From Malacoraja senta (lineage: Eukaryota), in the NCBI GenBank assembly GCA_038087875.1, contig CM075990.1, positions 3,102,001 through 3,166,000 on the forward strand: a DNA stretch of 64,000 nucleotides, in the 5' to 3' direction. The position numbers were made by a program, and so were the translations under genes. A model generated the notes under the pieces. It was not told where the DNA came from, ran no database searches, and saw only the letters and a list, made by a program, of their open reading frames with translations. This document shows, one piece after another, positions 49,675 to 61,514 of this stretch; within the stretch, counting starts at the first letter, position 1; each line of letters opens with the position of its first letter.

Positions 49675-50280
49675 TTCATAAGTTCATACAGTAAGTTCTA
49701 GGAGCAGAATTAGGCCATTCGGCCCATTAAGTCTACTCCACCATTCAATCACGGCTGATCTATCTCTCCCTCTCAACCTCATTCTCCTGCCTTCTCCCCA
49801 TAACCCCTGACACGCGTACTAATCAAGAATCTGTCTATCTCCACCTTAAAAAATATCCATTGACCTGGGTAGACAAAAGTGCTGGAGAAACTCAGCGGGT
49901 GCAGCAGCATCTATGGAGCGAAGGAAACCCTTCAGGGATTCGGCCCGAAACGTTGCCTATTTCCTTCGCTCCATAGATGCTGCTGCACCCACTGAGTTTC
50001 TCCAGCACTTTTGCCTACCTTCGATTTTCCAGCATCTGCAGTTCCTTCTTAAATCCATTGACCTGGCCTCCACTGTCATCTGTGGCAAAGAATACCACAG
50101 CTTCAACACCCTCTGACCAAAGAACCCTCTGACTAAGGTACATCCTTTTATTCTGTGGCTATGGCCTCTGGTCCTAGACTCTCCCACTAGTGGAAACATC
50201 CTCTCCACATCCACTCAATCCAGGCCTTTCAATATTTGGTCAGTTTCAATGAGGTTCCTTCTCATCCTTCTAAACTCCAA
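49675..50280 (-). mobile_element. CR1 3' fragment with a nested fold-back Penelope terminus (49869-50052)
   Basis: TSD ATCCATTGACCTGG (49855-49868 / 50053-50066). Confidence 0.85.
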
Positions 50281-50613
50281 ACTGGGTATTATCCTTGAAG
50301 CTGGGTTGAGATTGGCCGAACACTTTTCACATGGGACTCTTGCAGCCAAAAGAAAGGGAACCCTTCACTCCATTTGGACTGCATGGTGGTGCAGCAGTAG
50401 AGTTGCTGCCTTACAGCACCAGAGATGCAGGTTCGATCCTGTCTACGAGTGTTTGTCTGTACAGAGTTTGTACGTTCTCCCCGTGACCTGTGTGGGTTTT
50501 CTCAAGATCTCTAATGGTAAGTCGTGTAGATGAAGTCCATTAAGATTCAGTGAGAATAGATCCAAGCTGACTCTGTTTCAGAAATCAGACCAAGGGTGTA
50601 CAATACATCTACT

Positions 50614-51022
50614 CGCTGGAGTTTAGAAGGTTGAGGGGGGACCTCGTTGAAACTTACAGAATAATGAAAGGCATAGATAGAGTGGATGTGGAAAGGATGT
50701 TCCCACTGGTGGGAGAGTCTGGGACCAGAGGTCATAGCCTCAGAATTAAAGGGCGCCCTTTTAGAAAGGAGGTGAGGAGGAACTTCTTTGGTCAGAGGGT
50801 AATTAATCTGTGGAACTCATTGTCACAGAGGGCTGTGGAGGCCCTGTCAGTGGATATTTTTAAGGCAGAGGTAGACAAATTCTTGATTAAAACGGGTGTC
50901 AAGGGTTATGGGGAGAAGGCAGGAAAATGGGATTTGGAGGCAGGGATCAGCTGTGATTGTATGGCGGAGTGGACTCGATGGGCCGAATGGCCTAATTCTA
51001 CTCCTATAAGTTGTGAACTTGT
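50614..51022 (+). mobile_element. CR1 3' fragment
   Basis: RGDLVETYRIMKGIDRVDVERMFPLVGESGTRGHSLRI. Confidence 0.9.
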
Positions 51023-51177
51023 GAGAAAGTGCAGTAGCATATAACTCAAGCACTGGTCCTTTGTGCCTGGACAATGTATTAACTGTTGACAAGGCATCCC
51101 TTGAGTTGGAGCAGTGCCAGAGAACCAACAGTTTTTGGGAATAACATGTCAAACACAGCAATCAGATCTGTTTGTAG

Positions 51178-51713
51178 AGGGCAGGTTGCATCGCGGCCTG
51201 GTTCGGCAACTTGAACGCCCAGGAGCGAAGGAGACGGCAAAAGTGGTGACCACTGCCTATGTTCATCACCGGCTCTGACCCCCCACCATCGTAGGGATTT
51301 ACCAGAATCGCTGTCTCAGAAAGGCTGCCAGCATCATCAGAGACCCACACCACCCTGGCCACGCTCTCATTTCACCCCTGCCTTCAGGAAGAAGGTACAG
51401 GAGCCTGAATATGTAACGTCCAGATTCAGGAACAGCTTCTTCCCAACAGCCATTCGTCTATTAAACACGACAACCTCAATAAGCTCTGAACTACATAGAC
51501 TATTATTATCGGTATTGCACTATTATTGTTCATTTTTTAGTGTGTGCGTATGTGTATGTATGTATGTATATATATATATGATCTATATGATCTATGTATA
51601 TGAGTGTATTTGTGAGTATGTGTGTATATACACACACATTGAGCTTTTTTCTCTCTCGTTTATTATATAGTTTACAGTGTACTATGTTTACATATTCTGT
51701 TGTGCTGCAGAAA
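51178..51713 (+). mobile_element. Rex1/Babar 3' fragment
   Basis: GCCTGGTTCGGCAAC...CCTTCAGGAAGAAGGTACAGGAGCC; 3' UTR resumes at 52743. Confidence 0.82.
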
Positions 51714-52730
51714 ACTACTTACTTACTTACTGCCTGTTATGCCTCCTGGCATGTAGGGCAGCAACGAAGGTCCTCCACTCCTGTCTGTTCTGGGCTAGCT
51801 TCTGGACACTACCCCAGGTCAGGTCATCTATCACTAGCCCTGGAAGTCCATCACGCCCAGTAGTGTTGATTCCTTCAGTTGCTGTTTCTGTAACATATTT
51901 GTTTTACGAGACAGGGTTGTTAGCCCTGTGCTCAATATGCAATAGACAATAGGTGCAGGAGTAGGCCATTTGGCCCTTCGAGCCAGCACCGCAATTCAAT
52001 TTGATCATGGCTGATCATCCCCAACCAGTACGCCGTTCCTGCTTTCTCCCCATATCCCCTGACTCCGCTATTTTTAAGAGCCCCATCTAGCTCTCTCTTG
52101 AAAGCATCCAGAGAACCTGCCTCCTCTGAGGCAGAGAATTCTAGAGACTCACCACTCTATGAGACAAAGTGTTTCCTCGTCTCCGTTCTAAATGGCTTAC
52201 TCCTTATTCTTAAACTGTGACCCCTGGTTCTGGACTCCCCCAACATCGGGAACATGTTTCCTGCCTCTAGCGTGTCCAAGGCCTTAATAATCTTATATGT
52301 TTCAATGGGATTCCCTCTCATCCTTCTAAACTCCAGAGTGTACAAGCCCAGCTGCTCCATTCTCTCAGCAAATGACAGTCCCGCCATCCCGGGAATTAAC
52401 CTTGTAAACCTACGCTGCACTCCCTCAATAGGAGGAATGTCCTTCCTCAAATTAGGGGACCAAAACTGCACACAATACTCCAGGTGTGGTCTCACTAGGG
52501 CCCTGTACAACTGCAGAACGACTGTACAGCTGCTTGTACAACTGTACAACTGTACAACTGCTCAACCTCCAACCTGGAGGACCAGTGGATCGCCTTCGTC
52601 TCGCCTCTACCCTTCGACCTGTCCAGCATGGGAGACCCTAACAGGAGACGAATCTCCCGCTGCCATAGCTCTAGGTGTCACTGAGACACACAAGCTCCCC
52701 GACCACGACAAGGTTGCAATCCAACGGGGA
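51714..52730 (-). mobile_element. Bipartite RTE-derived short non-autonomous retroposon (about 390 bp) split by a CR1 insertion
   Basis: BovB/RTE-like 5' end AACCTTGTCGTGGTCGGGGAGCTTGTGTG; 3' end WRTFVAALHARRHNRQ* with (TAAG)n tail; 12-bp TSD GTGCTGCAGAAA (51702-51713 / 52731-52742). Confidence 0.8.
51936..52558 (-). mobile_element. CR1 3' fragment
   Basis: LQLYRALVRPHLEYCVQFWSPNLRKDI...; flanked by TGCTCAA on both sides. Confidence 0.92.
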
Positions 52731-53130
52731 GTGCTGCAGAAATTGGGACATATGCCAATAAAACTCTCTTGACTCTTGACTCTCTTGTTTGCAGAAAAGA
52801 AGAGATCAACATTTTTAACATCGATAATTTTATAATACACTTCTAACAATACAGGTTCTTGCAAGGTTTGTCACAGCCTTTTAAAAACCCTGTTTATTGT
52901 ACCATTATGAGCAAAGCATTTAGTTTAGTTTAGTTTAGTTTAGTTTAGTTTAGAGATACAGCGTGGAAACAAGCCATTCGGCCCACTGTCCATGCCGACC
53001 AGCGATTACCCCGTACACTAACACTATCCTACACACTGGGGACAATTTACAATTGTTACTAAAGCCACTTAACCTACAAACAGATTTGTGATTTAAGTGT
53101 AGGGGCCACAATGAGGTAGACGGGAGATTT

Positions 53131-54526
53131 AGCAAATTAAGTGATTATTTTAGTGTCGATACTCTCCTAGTAATGGAAACATGGCAGTTAATTTAAACAC
53201 AATATGATCCAACAAACCCCAGGAGTGGCACAGTGACACAGCGGTAGAGTTGTTGCCTTAAAACGCCTTCGATCCTGACTATGTGTGTTGTTTGTATGAA
53301 GTTCTCCCTGTGACCGCGTGGGTTTTCATCGGGTGTCCCGGTTTCCTCCCACTCTCCAGAGACGTGCAGGTTTGTAGGTTATTTGGCTTCTGTAAATTGT
53401 CCCTAGTGTGTAGGGTAGAACAAGTGTATGGGGTAATTGTTGGTCGACCTGGACTCACTGGAGCGAAGGGCCTGTTTCCATGCTTTATCTCTAAACAAAA
53501 CTCAATTTATCTAAACCAAACTTAACTAAACTAAACTAAACGAACAAGAATGTATTGCTGAACAGATAATCTACTTTTAAACCAAAGATAGACACAAACA
53601 GGCACTGACACAAAGTGCTGGAGTAACTCAGCAGCAGGCAGCATCTTTGCAGAAAAAGGATGGGTGACGTTTCAGATCAGGACCATTCCTCCTTTTAAGC
53701 TTTTGTGAGGGCTGATTATTAAAAGAACAATAGAGTTGACAAGACCACTCTTCTGTAAAGCTGTTGGCTCCATAGTCATAGAGTCACAGAGTCATACAGC
53801 ATGGAAACCAGCCCAACTTGCCCATACTTGCCAACATGTCCCATCTACCCGAGTCCTATCTGCCTATGTTTAAGAAGGAACTGCAGATGCTGGAAAATCG
53901 AAGGTAGACAAAATTGCTGGAGAAACTCAGCGGGTGCAGCAGCATCTATGGAGCAAAGGAAATAGGCAACGTTTCGGCCCAAACCGTTGCCTATTTCCTT
54001 TGCTCCATAGATGCTGCTGCACCCGCTGAGTTTCTCCAGCATTTTTGTCTACCTCGTATCTGCCTTTGTTTGGCCCATATCCCTCTAAATCTGTCCTATC
54101 CATGTACCTGTCTAATTGTTTCTTAAACGTTGCGATAGTCCCTGCCTCAATTACCTCCTCTGGCAGCTTGTTCCAAACACCCACCATCCATTGTGTGAAA
54201 AGGTTATCCCTCAGATTCCTATTAAATCTTTTCCCCGTCACTTTAAACCTATGTCCTCTGGTCCTCGATTCCCCTACTCAGGACAAAAGACTCTGTGCAT
54301 CTACACAATCTATTCCATTCATGACTTTGTACACCTCTATAAGATCATCCCTCATCCTCCTGTACACCTCTATAAGATCATCCCTCATCCTCCTGTGCTC
54401 CAAGGAGTTCCAGTGGGTGCAGCCTCTCCCTATAGTTCAGACCTTTCAGTCCCTCCATCTGTGAGGATAGTTGCGATCTTGGTTTAAAATCTCATTTGAA
54501 ACATAGCACTTCCAACAGTGCAGCAC
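53131..54526 (-). mobile_element. Old Deu-domain SINE relic fragmented by a SINE (53224-53541), a Penelope piece and a CR1 (53772-54435)
   Basis: 54440-54526 reverse complement GTGCTGCACTGTTGGAAGTGCTATGTTTCAAATGAGATTTTAAACCAAG resembles the recalled Deu core. Confidence 0.55.
53868..54054. mobile_element. Fold-back Penelope terminus with ~70 bp inverted arms
   Basis: AGGTAGAC...GGCAACG / CGTTGCC...GTCTACCT; flanking duplication TATCTGCCT(A/T)TGTTT. Confidence 0.88.
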
Positions 54527-54550
54527 GGTCTTAATGAGTTAAAAGAAAAA

Positions 54551-56656
54551 GCGCCAGAGACTGGGGTTCGATCCTGACCACGGGTGCTGTCTGTACGGAG
54601 TTTGTACGTTCTCCCCGTGACCTGTGTGGGTTTTCTCCGAGATCTTCGGTTTCCTACCGCACTCCAAACACGTACAGGTTTGTAGGTTAATTAGCTTGGT
54701 GTAAATGTAAAAAAAAAATTTAATAGTGTGTGCGGGGTAGGGTTAATGTGCGGGGATCGCTGATCTGGGTGGACCCGGTGGGCCGAAGAGCCTGTTTCCG
54801 CGCTGCATTTCTAGCCTAAACCGAACAAAACAAACAGCAATGCATTGCAGAACTAAACTAAACTAAACTAAACTAAACTAAAAAAAAATCCAAACTTCTG
54901 TAAATAGAAAATCAGTGAAATCTTTTCTGAATTAGGAATAGCAGGGTCAGCAAACTGAAGTGAGTGAGTGATGGAGTTTGGACAATGGTCAAATTGTTTC
55001 TCCAAGATTACCTCAGGGAGTGGGAGGTAGCGAGCCTGGGAGCAATCAACACATTGCAAAACATCAAAAGAGATGCTTGTCAGCAAATTCAACGTTTGGA
55101 AAAATTATTTTAGTGTAATTAAAAAAAAACTCATGTCAAGATCCCAGGGTTAGGAAGATTATGTGACTGACTCTTTTTTTTTAACGTTTAGAGATACTGC
55201 GCAGAAACAGGCCCTCCGGCCCACCGAGTCTACAGCGACCAGCGATCCCCGCACACTAACACTATCCTACACACACTAGGGATGATTTACAATTATACTG
55301 AAGCCAATTAACCCACAAACCTGCACGTCTTTGGAATGTGGGAGGAAACTGGAGCACCCGGAGGAAACCCACGTGGTCAGAGAAAGAAGGTACAAAATTC
55401 TGTACAGACTGAACACGTAGTCAGGATCGAACCAGGGTCTCTGGCGCTGTAAGGCAGCGAGTTTACTGCTGCGCCACCGTGCTGCCCGGTCTTAGACTAA
55501 AAGTACAAAAAAGTTATAACTTGAAACTTCTAATGGCTTTGGAAAAGCAAAACGAGTGTGATGGCAGACACCAAATGGTGGCATGGTGGTTCAGCTGGTA
55601 GAGTTGCTGCCTCGCGGCCGCAGAGACCCGTGATTCAATCCTGACCTCGGGTGCTCTCTGTGTGGAGTTTGCACGTTCTCCCTGTGATCGCGTGGTTTTT
55701 CTCCAGGTGCTCCGGTTTTCTCCCACATCCCCAAAACGTGTGGGTTTGCAGGCTAATTGGCCTCTGTACAATTGCCCCGAGAGTGCAGGGAATAGATTCC
55801 AAAGTGGGATATCATGGAAATAGTGTGAATGGGTGATCGATGGTTGGCGTGGGCTAGGTGGGCCGAAGGGCTTGTCTCCATGCTGTATCTCTAAACTAAG
55901 ATTAATCTGTGGTCATTCAATGCAATTCAATAAATGGAACATCCACATAAATATAGGTATGGCATTTAATGCTTTTGGTTTTGTCACATTGCTGAATGAC
56001 ATTCCAATTGTGGATCAATGCCATATTCTCTTGTAAGTGAGTGGACATCTTGACAAGATCAAGGATGATGTGACTGCTTATGAACTTCCTTGGAGAAAGA
56101 AGAGATGAAACTAAACTAAACGGCCAGCACGGTGGTGCAGCGGTAGAGTTGCTGCCTTGCAGCGCCAGAGACCCAGGTTCGATCCTAACTACAGGTGCTG
56201 TCTGTACAGAATTTGTACGTTCTCCCCATGACCTACGTAGTTTTTCTCCAAGTTCTTCCGTTTCCTCCCACCCTCCAAAGACGTACAGGTTTGCGGTTAA
56301 TTGGCTTGGGAATTGTTCCTCGTGTGTGTAGTATAGTGTTAATGTGTGGGGATCGCTGGTGGGCGCGGACTCGGTGGGCCAAAGGGCCAGTTTCCACACT
56401 GTATCTCTAAACTACATTAAAATCTAAACCAAACTAAACTAAAAAAAAGTTCTCCCTAGGGTTTTCCCCGGGTGCTCTCGTTTTTCCCACACTCCAAAGA
56501 CGCGCAGGTTTGTAAGTTAATTAACGTCGGTAAAGTCGTAAATTGTTCCTAGTGTGTAGGGGAGTGCTAGTGTAGGGGATCGCTGGTTGGCACGGACTCA
56601 TTGGGCCGAAGGGCCAGTTTCCGCGCTGTATCTCTAAAGTCTAAAGCCTAAAGTCT
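54551..56656. mobile_element. Cluster of HE1-like SINEs (54551-54850 +, 55186-55488 -, 55577-55900 +, 56121-56442 +, 56449-56656 +)
   Basis: Head, core and tail motifs. Confidence 0.85.
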
Positions 56657-57369
56657 GAAACAATGGAACCTGGTCCAGTGCAATGTGTGGTCGGTCTGGT
56701 TTGAGTGAAGCCAGGAGATCTGGGAATGGTGGACAAGAAGGCAGGAGGCAGAAGACAAAGAGAGAAAGGTATGGAGCAACACAACTGAATGTTAATGTCA
56801 AATATTTATTTTAATTAAGTCGAGACCAAAGATGCCCGTATTATACTCCTTTGCAGATAAGCAAATCCATGTTACAAAGCTAAGAAAATAAGTAGGCGTA
56901 ATTAAAAGAAAAATGATTCAGATCAAAGTATGAAGGTTATTTAAATGTCTCACCTCTCTCCCCCGGAGGTCAGGATCCCATGTACATTCTGTGTGGGCTT
57001 CGCTGGGAAGTTCTTCAATAAAAAAAAAAATCACAAGCCAGCTATCTGAAAAGGCTCCGAAATCTGGCACCACTCCCAGCGACCTTGCCCACAAAGAGGA
57101 GGCAAGGGCCGATGATCAAGAGAACGTTCGCCGTGCCAATTGTCCCCGATGCAAGAGGAGAGAAGTGAGAATTAGCTCATGCTGACGTCTCTTTGAAATA
57201 ACATTTATCATTAAACATTAACCATCTTGGTCACAAAGGTTGCTGCGCTGAAGACAGATGAATAGAGCGATGCTGAGACCCCAGAATGTGTCAGAGATTA
57301 GAGGCTGACAGCTGTCAGGGGAAAATTTGAACGAAAAACCTGCAAACTCTTATTCTGAATGATGTACCT

Positions 57370-57951
57370 TAAGATTCAAGATTCAAGATTCAATTTAGTT
57401 GTCACATGTACCAATTATGGTCCAGTGAAATTTGAGTTACCATATAGCCAATACTAAATAAAAAGCAAAAATACACACAGCACATCAAATAAAGTTTAAC
57501 ATAAACATCCACCACAGTGGAACCAACATTCCTCACTGTGATGGAAGGCAATAAAGTTCAGTCATAGACAATAGACAATAGACAATAGGTGCAGGAGTAG
57601 GCCATTCGGCCCTTCGAGCCAGCACCGCCATTCAATGTGATCATGGCTGATCATCCCCAATCAGTACCCCGTTCCTGCCTTCTCCCCATATCCCCTGACT
57701 CCGCTATTTTTAAGAGCCCTATCTAGCTCTCTCTTGAAAGCATCCAGAGAACCTGCCTCCACCGCCCTCTGAGGCAGAGAATTCCACAGACTCACCACTC
57801 TCCGTGAGAAAAAGTGTTTCCTCGTCTCCGTTCTAAATGGCTTACTCCTTATTCTTAAACTGTGGCCCCTGGTTCTGGACTCCCCCAACATCGGGAACAT
57901 GATTCCTGCCTCTAGTGTGTCCAAGCCCTTAACAATCTTATATGTTTCAAA
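57370..57951 (-). mobile_element. Hairpin-core retroposon tail (57370-57562) interrupted by a CR1 3' fragment (57565-57951)
   Basis: CCACCACAGTGG-loop-TCACTGTGATGG; ORF 57661-57924 is CR1. Confidence 0.82.
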
Positions 57952-58159
57952 TGTTTATATGTCATCTTCCTCCACCCTTGTAGTTTAATTTAGTTTATTG
58001 TCACGTGTACTGAGGTACAGTGAAAAACTACAACCATAAGGCTATTAAACACCACAACACTACAATGAATGGCGGTGCTGCTCGAAGGGCCGAATGGCCT
58101 CCTCCTGCACCTATTTTCTATGTTTCTATCTAACCTCCAATTTGGTTCCGGACTACATA

Positions 58160-58865
58160 TGTAGGAAGGAACTGCAGATGCTGGTTGACACCAAAGATAG
58201 ACGTTAAAAGCTGGACAAAAATGCTGGAGAAACTTAGCGGGTGAGGCAGCATCTATAGAGCGAAGGAATAGGTGACGTTTCGGGTCGAGACCCTTCTTCA
58301 GTCTGACCCTTCTTTTGTCTACCTTCGATTTTTCCAGCATCTGCAGTTCTTTCTTAAGCATTAAAAGCTGGAGTAACTCAGCGGGTGAGGCAGCATCACC
58401 GGAGAAAAGGAATGGGTGACATTTTGGGTCGAGACCCTTCTTCAGAGTGAGTGTCAGAGGAGAGGGTAACTAGAGATATGAATAGGTACAAATGACAAAT
58501 GAATGAAAGGTGTGCAAAAGGACAAGTCAAAGCCAGCAACGATGATCAAGGAAAGGTGGAGCCCACAATGGTCCATTGTTGGCTGCAGGGAAAGTGATAC
58601 AAACAGGGAAAATGAGCAGGATGACAGTGAAACTAGTAGTCAGGTAGGGACGGAGAGAGAGAGGAGATGCAGGACTTAATTGAAGTTAGAGAAATCAATA
58701 TCCATACCGCTGGGTTATAAGCTGACCAAGCGAAATATGAGATGCTATTCCACCAATTTGCATGTGTCCACACTCTGACAATGGAGGAGGCCCAGGACAG
58801 AAAGGTCAGTGTGGGAATGGGAAGGGGAGTTAAAGAATTTGGTAACCGGGAGATCGCGTTGGCAT
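58160..58865 (-). mobile_element. Penelope 3' end with a nested younger fold-back Penelope terminus (58216-58360)
   Basis: TSD TTAAAAGCTGGA; intact hammerhead motif at 58274-58301 (minus). Confidence 0.85.
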
Positions 58866-58980
58866 ATATACATATTATTTTTAACTTTGCACTATTATTG
58901 TCTATTTAATTGTCTGTATTTTTAAAATATAAATACAGAACTTTATTCTTGATGCTATTATGGGTGCCATCCATAATATG

Positions 58981-59442
58981 GGTGGCACAACGGTTGAGTT
59001 GCTGCCAAAGACCCGGGTTCGATCCTGACTACGGGTGCTTGTCTGCACACAGTCTGTATGTTCTCCCCACAACCTGCGTGGATTTTCTTCGAGAGCTTTG
59101 GTTTCCTCCCACACTCCAAAGACGTACAGGTTTGCAGGTTAATTGGCTTGGTATAAATGTAAATTGTCCCTAACGTTCGTGGGATAGTGTTAATTTGTGG
59201 GTCAGTGCGGTCTTGGTGGGCCGAAGGGCATCTTTCCGCGCTGCATCACTAAACTAAACTAAACTCAATTATAGGTTTTACAGGTAGACAAAAATGCTGG
59301 AGAAACTCAGCAGGTGAGGCAGCATCTATGGAGCAAAGGAAATAGGCAACGTTTCGGGTCGACCCGCTGCCTCACCCGCTGAGTTTCTCCAGCATTTTTG
59401 TCTACCTTCGATTTTCCAGCATCTGCAGTTCCTTCTTAAACA
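58981..59442. mobile_element. HE1-like SINE (58981-59265 +) and fold-back Penelope terminus (59285-59442)
   Basis: TSD TATAGGTTTTACAGG (59270-59284 / 59443-59457). Confidence 0.85.
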
Positions 59443-59682
59443 TATAGGTTTTACAGGATAGATTTACTAGACTTTATCTTGCACTAAACATTATTCCCTT
59501 TATCATGTATCTGTCCATGGGGGACAGCTCAATTGTAATCACATACAGTATAGTCTTTCCACTGACTAGTTAGCACACAAATAAAGCTTTTGACTGTACC
59601 TCGGTACACGTGACAATAAACTAAACTGCAACTTCAACTGCAGTGTGCTATGTTTCCATATCTGTTGTGCTGCTGCAAGTAA

Positions 59683-60012
59683 CAGCCCTGTCCCACGGTA
59701 CGAGTTCATTCCAAGAGCTCTCCCGAGTTTTAAAAAAATCAAACTCGTGGTAAGCATGGAGAATAAACATAGCGGGTACGTCGGAGCTCGGGGACGTCTA
59801 TTAGCGGCTCGTAACGCTAACGGCAGGTACTCGGGAAGACTCGCTAACGGCAGGTAAGCACGGGAAGACTCGTGAAGATTTTTCAACATGTTGAAAAATG
59901 TCCACGAGAGCCCCGAGTACCTGCGAGTGATCATTACCGTAAATCTCCAAGTTCGATTCAGTGCAAACTCGGGAGAGCTCTTGGAATGAACTCACACCGT
60001 GGGACAGGGCTT
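59683..60012. mobile_element. PIF/Harbinger-like MITE, complete
   Basis: ~47-bp TIRs AGCCCTGTCCCACGGT..GAGTTCATTCCAAGAGCTCTCCCGAGTTT; TAA TSD (59680-59682 / 60013-60015). Confidence 0.88.
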
Positions 60013-60224
60013 TAAGAATGTCATTGTTCTGTTTAGGGATATATGATGATAAAACACTCTTGACTTGACTCTTACCTCTTGTTGCATGCTTTCAAGGGGG
60101 AGGAAACCAGAGCACCAATAGTGAGCGTCGATCCGGGGTCTCTGGCGCTCTAAGGCAGCAAATCTACCGCTGCACCATTGTGCCACCTTTGTATTGAAGG
60201 GATGTTTAGACAAGCACTTATCAG

Positions 60225-60910
60225 AGACTCATAGAGTCATACAGCATGGAAACAGCCCAACTTGCCCACACCAGCCAACATGTCCCAGCTACACTAGTCC
60301 CACCTGCCCACATTTGGCCCATATTCCTCCAAACCTGTCCTATCCATGCACCTGCCTATCCGTTTCTTAAATGTTGGGATAGTCCCTGCCTCAACTACCT
60401 CCTCTGGCAGCTTATTCCATACACTTACCACCCCTTGTGTGAAAAAGTTACCCCTCAGATTCCTATTAAATCCTTTCCGCTTCACCTTCAAGGATTCCCA
60501 ACCTTTACCGTCCCGTTTACCCCTGGCAACTTTAATAGCATGTTATTTAATAGAAATGTTATGTCACTTATTTATGTACAACGAATGATGAACGGGTACC
60601 GGTGTACCAGAACCAAACACAGTCAGTCAATGAGAAAAAATATGTACAAATCCAGAATCAACAAATTTACCCCCTGGGTAGATGAAATGTAGCCCCTGGG
60701 GGTAAATCTACCCCAGGTTGGGAACCCTTGCTAAACCTATGTCCTCTGGTGCGTCTACCCGATCTATTCCTCTCATGATTTTATACACCTCTATAAGATC
60801 ACCCCTGCGCTCCAAGGAATATAGTCCCAGCCTACTCAAGCTCTCCCGATTGCTCAGACTCTAGCCCTGGCAACAACTTCATAAATCCTCTCTGTACCCT
60901 TTCCAGCTTG
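60225..60910 (-). mobile_element. CR1 3' fragment interrupted by a MITE
   Basis: NLRGNFFTQGVVSVWNKLPEEVVEAGTI. Confidence 0.88.
60489..60730. mobile_element. hAT (Charlie-like) MITE
   Basis: TIRs CAAGGATTCCCAACC / GGTTGGGAACCCTTG (14/15 match); TACCCC subterminal repeats; no clean 8-bp TSD. Confidence 0.75.
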
Positions 60911-60924
60911 GTAAATATATAAGG

Positions 60925-61052
60925 TAGACAAAAGTGCTGGAGAAACTCAGCGGGTGCAGCAGCATCTATGGAGCGAAGGAAATAGGCAACGTTTCAGGCC
61001 GAAACCCTTCTTCAGACGATTTTCCAGCATCTGCAGTTCCTTCTAAAAACCC
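60925..61052. mobile_element. Penelope terminus insertion with both orientations
   Basis: TSD TGGTAAATATATAAGG (60909-60924 / 61053-61068). Confidence 0.85.
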
Positions 61053-61514
61053 TGGTAAATATATAAGGCAGGACATGGAAAATACCAACTCTAATGGAAG
61101 CAACTGCAATTTGTCTCATTGGGCATGAAGATCAGCATGGACTTTACAGGCCTCAAGGCCAGGTTATGTGTTGAACAATATTACTCTATCAAGACAAAAA
61201 AGGCTGATGGTGCCAATAACTCCACAAAGTTTCTTCAAATGATGCCCACTTTGAAGAATTCTCCTCCTCTCTTCAAAGGGAAGCCCATGAGACCCCCCAT
61301 TCACTGTTCACTCTGTGGTGTCTGCACCTCTCAAGCTCTTCCACCCCATTCTCATTAAGACTTACTACTACAGTCAACTGTCCTTCTTGAGGTACCAGCC
61401 ATCTTGTCCCTCGTGGCGTCCATGTTCATTTTCAGGCCTCTCTGTTTGGCCCCAGTCATCATCTCAATACGTACCCATTTTCACAGCTTTGCTCAATGGT
61501 ATTCCCGCTGTGTC

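Noticed and set aside
54328..54393. 33-bp tandem duplication in CR1 (similar small duplication at 23583-23653)
   Set aside because: Ordinary local slippage duplication with no sign of function.
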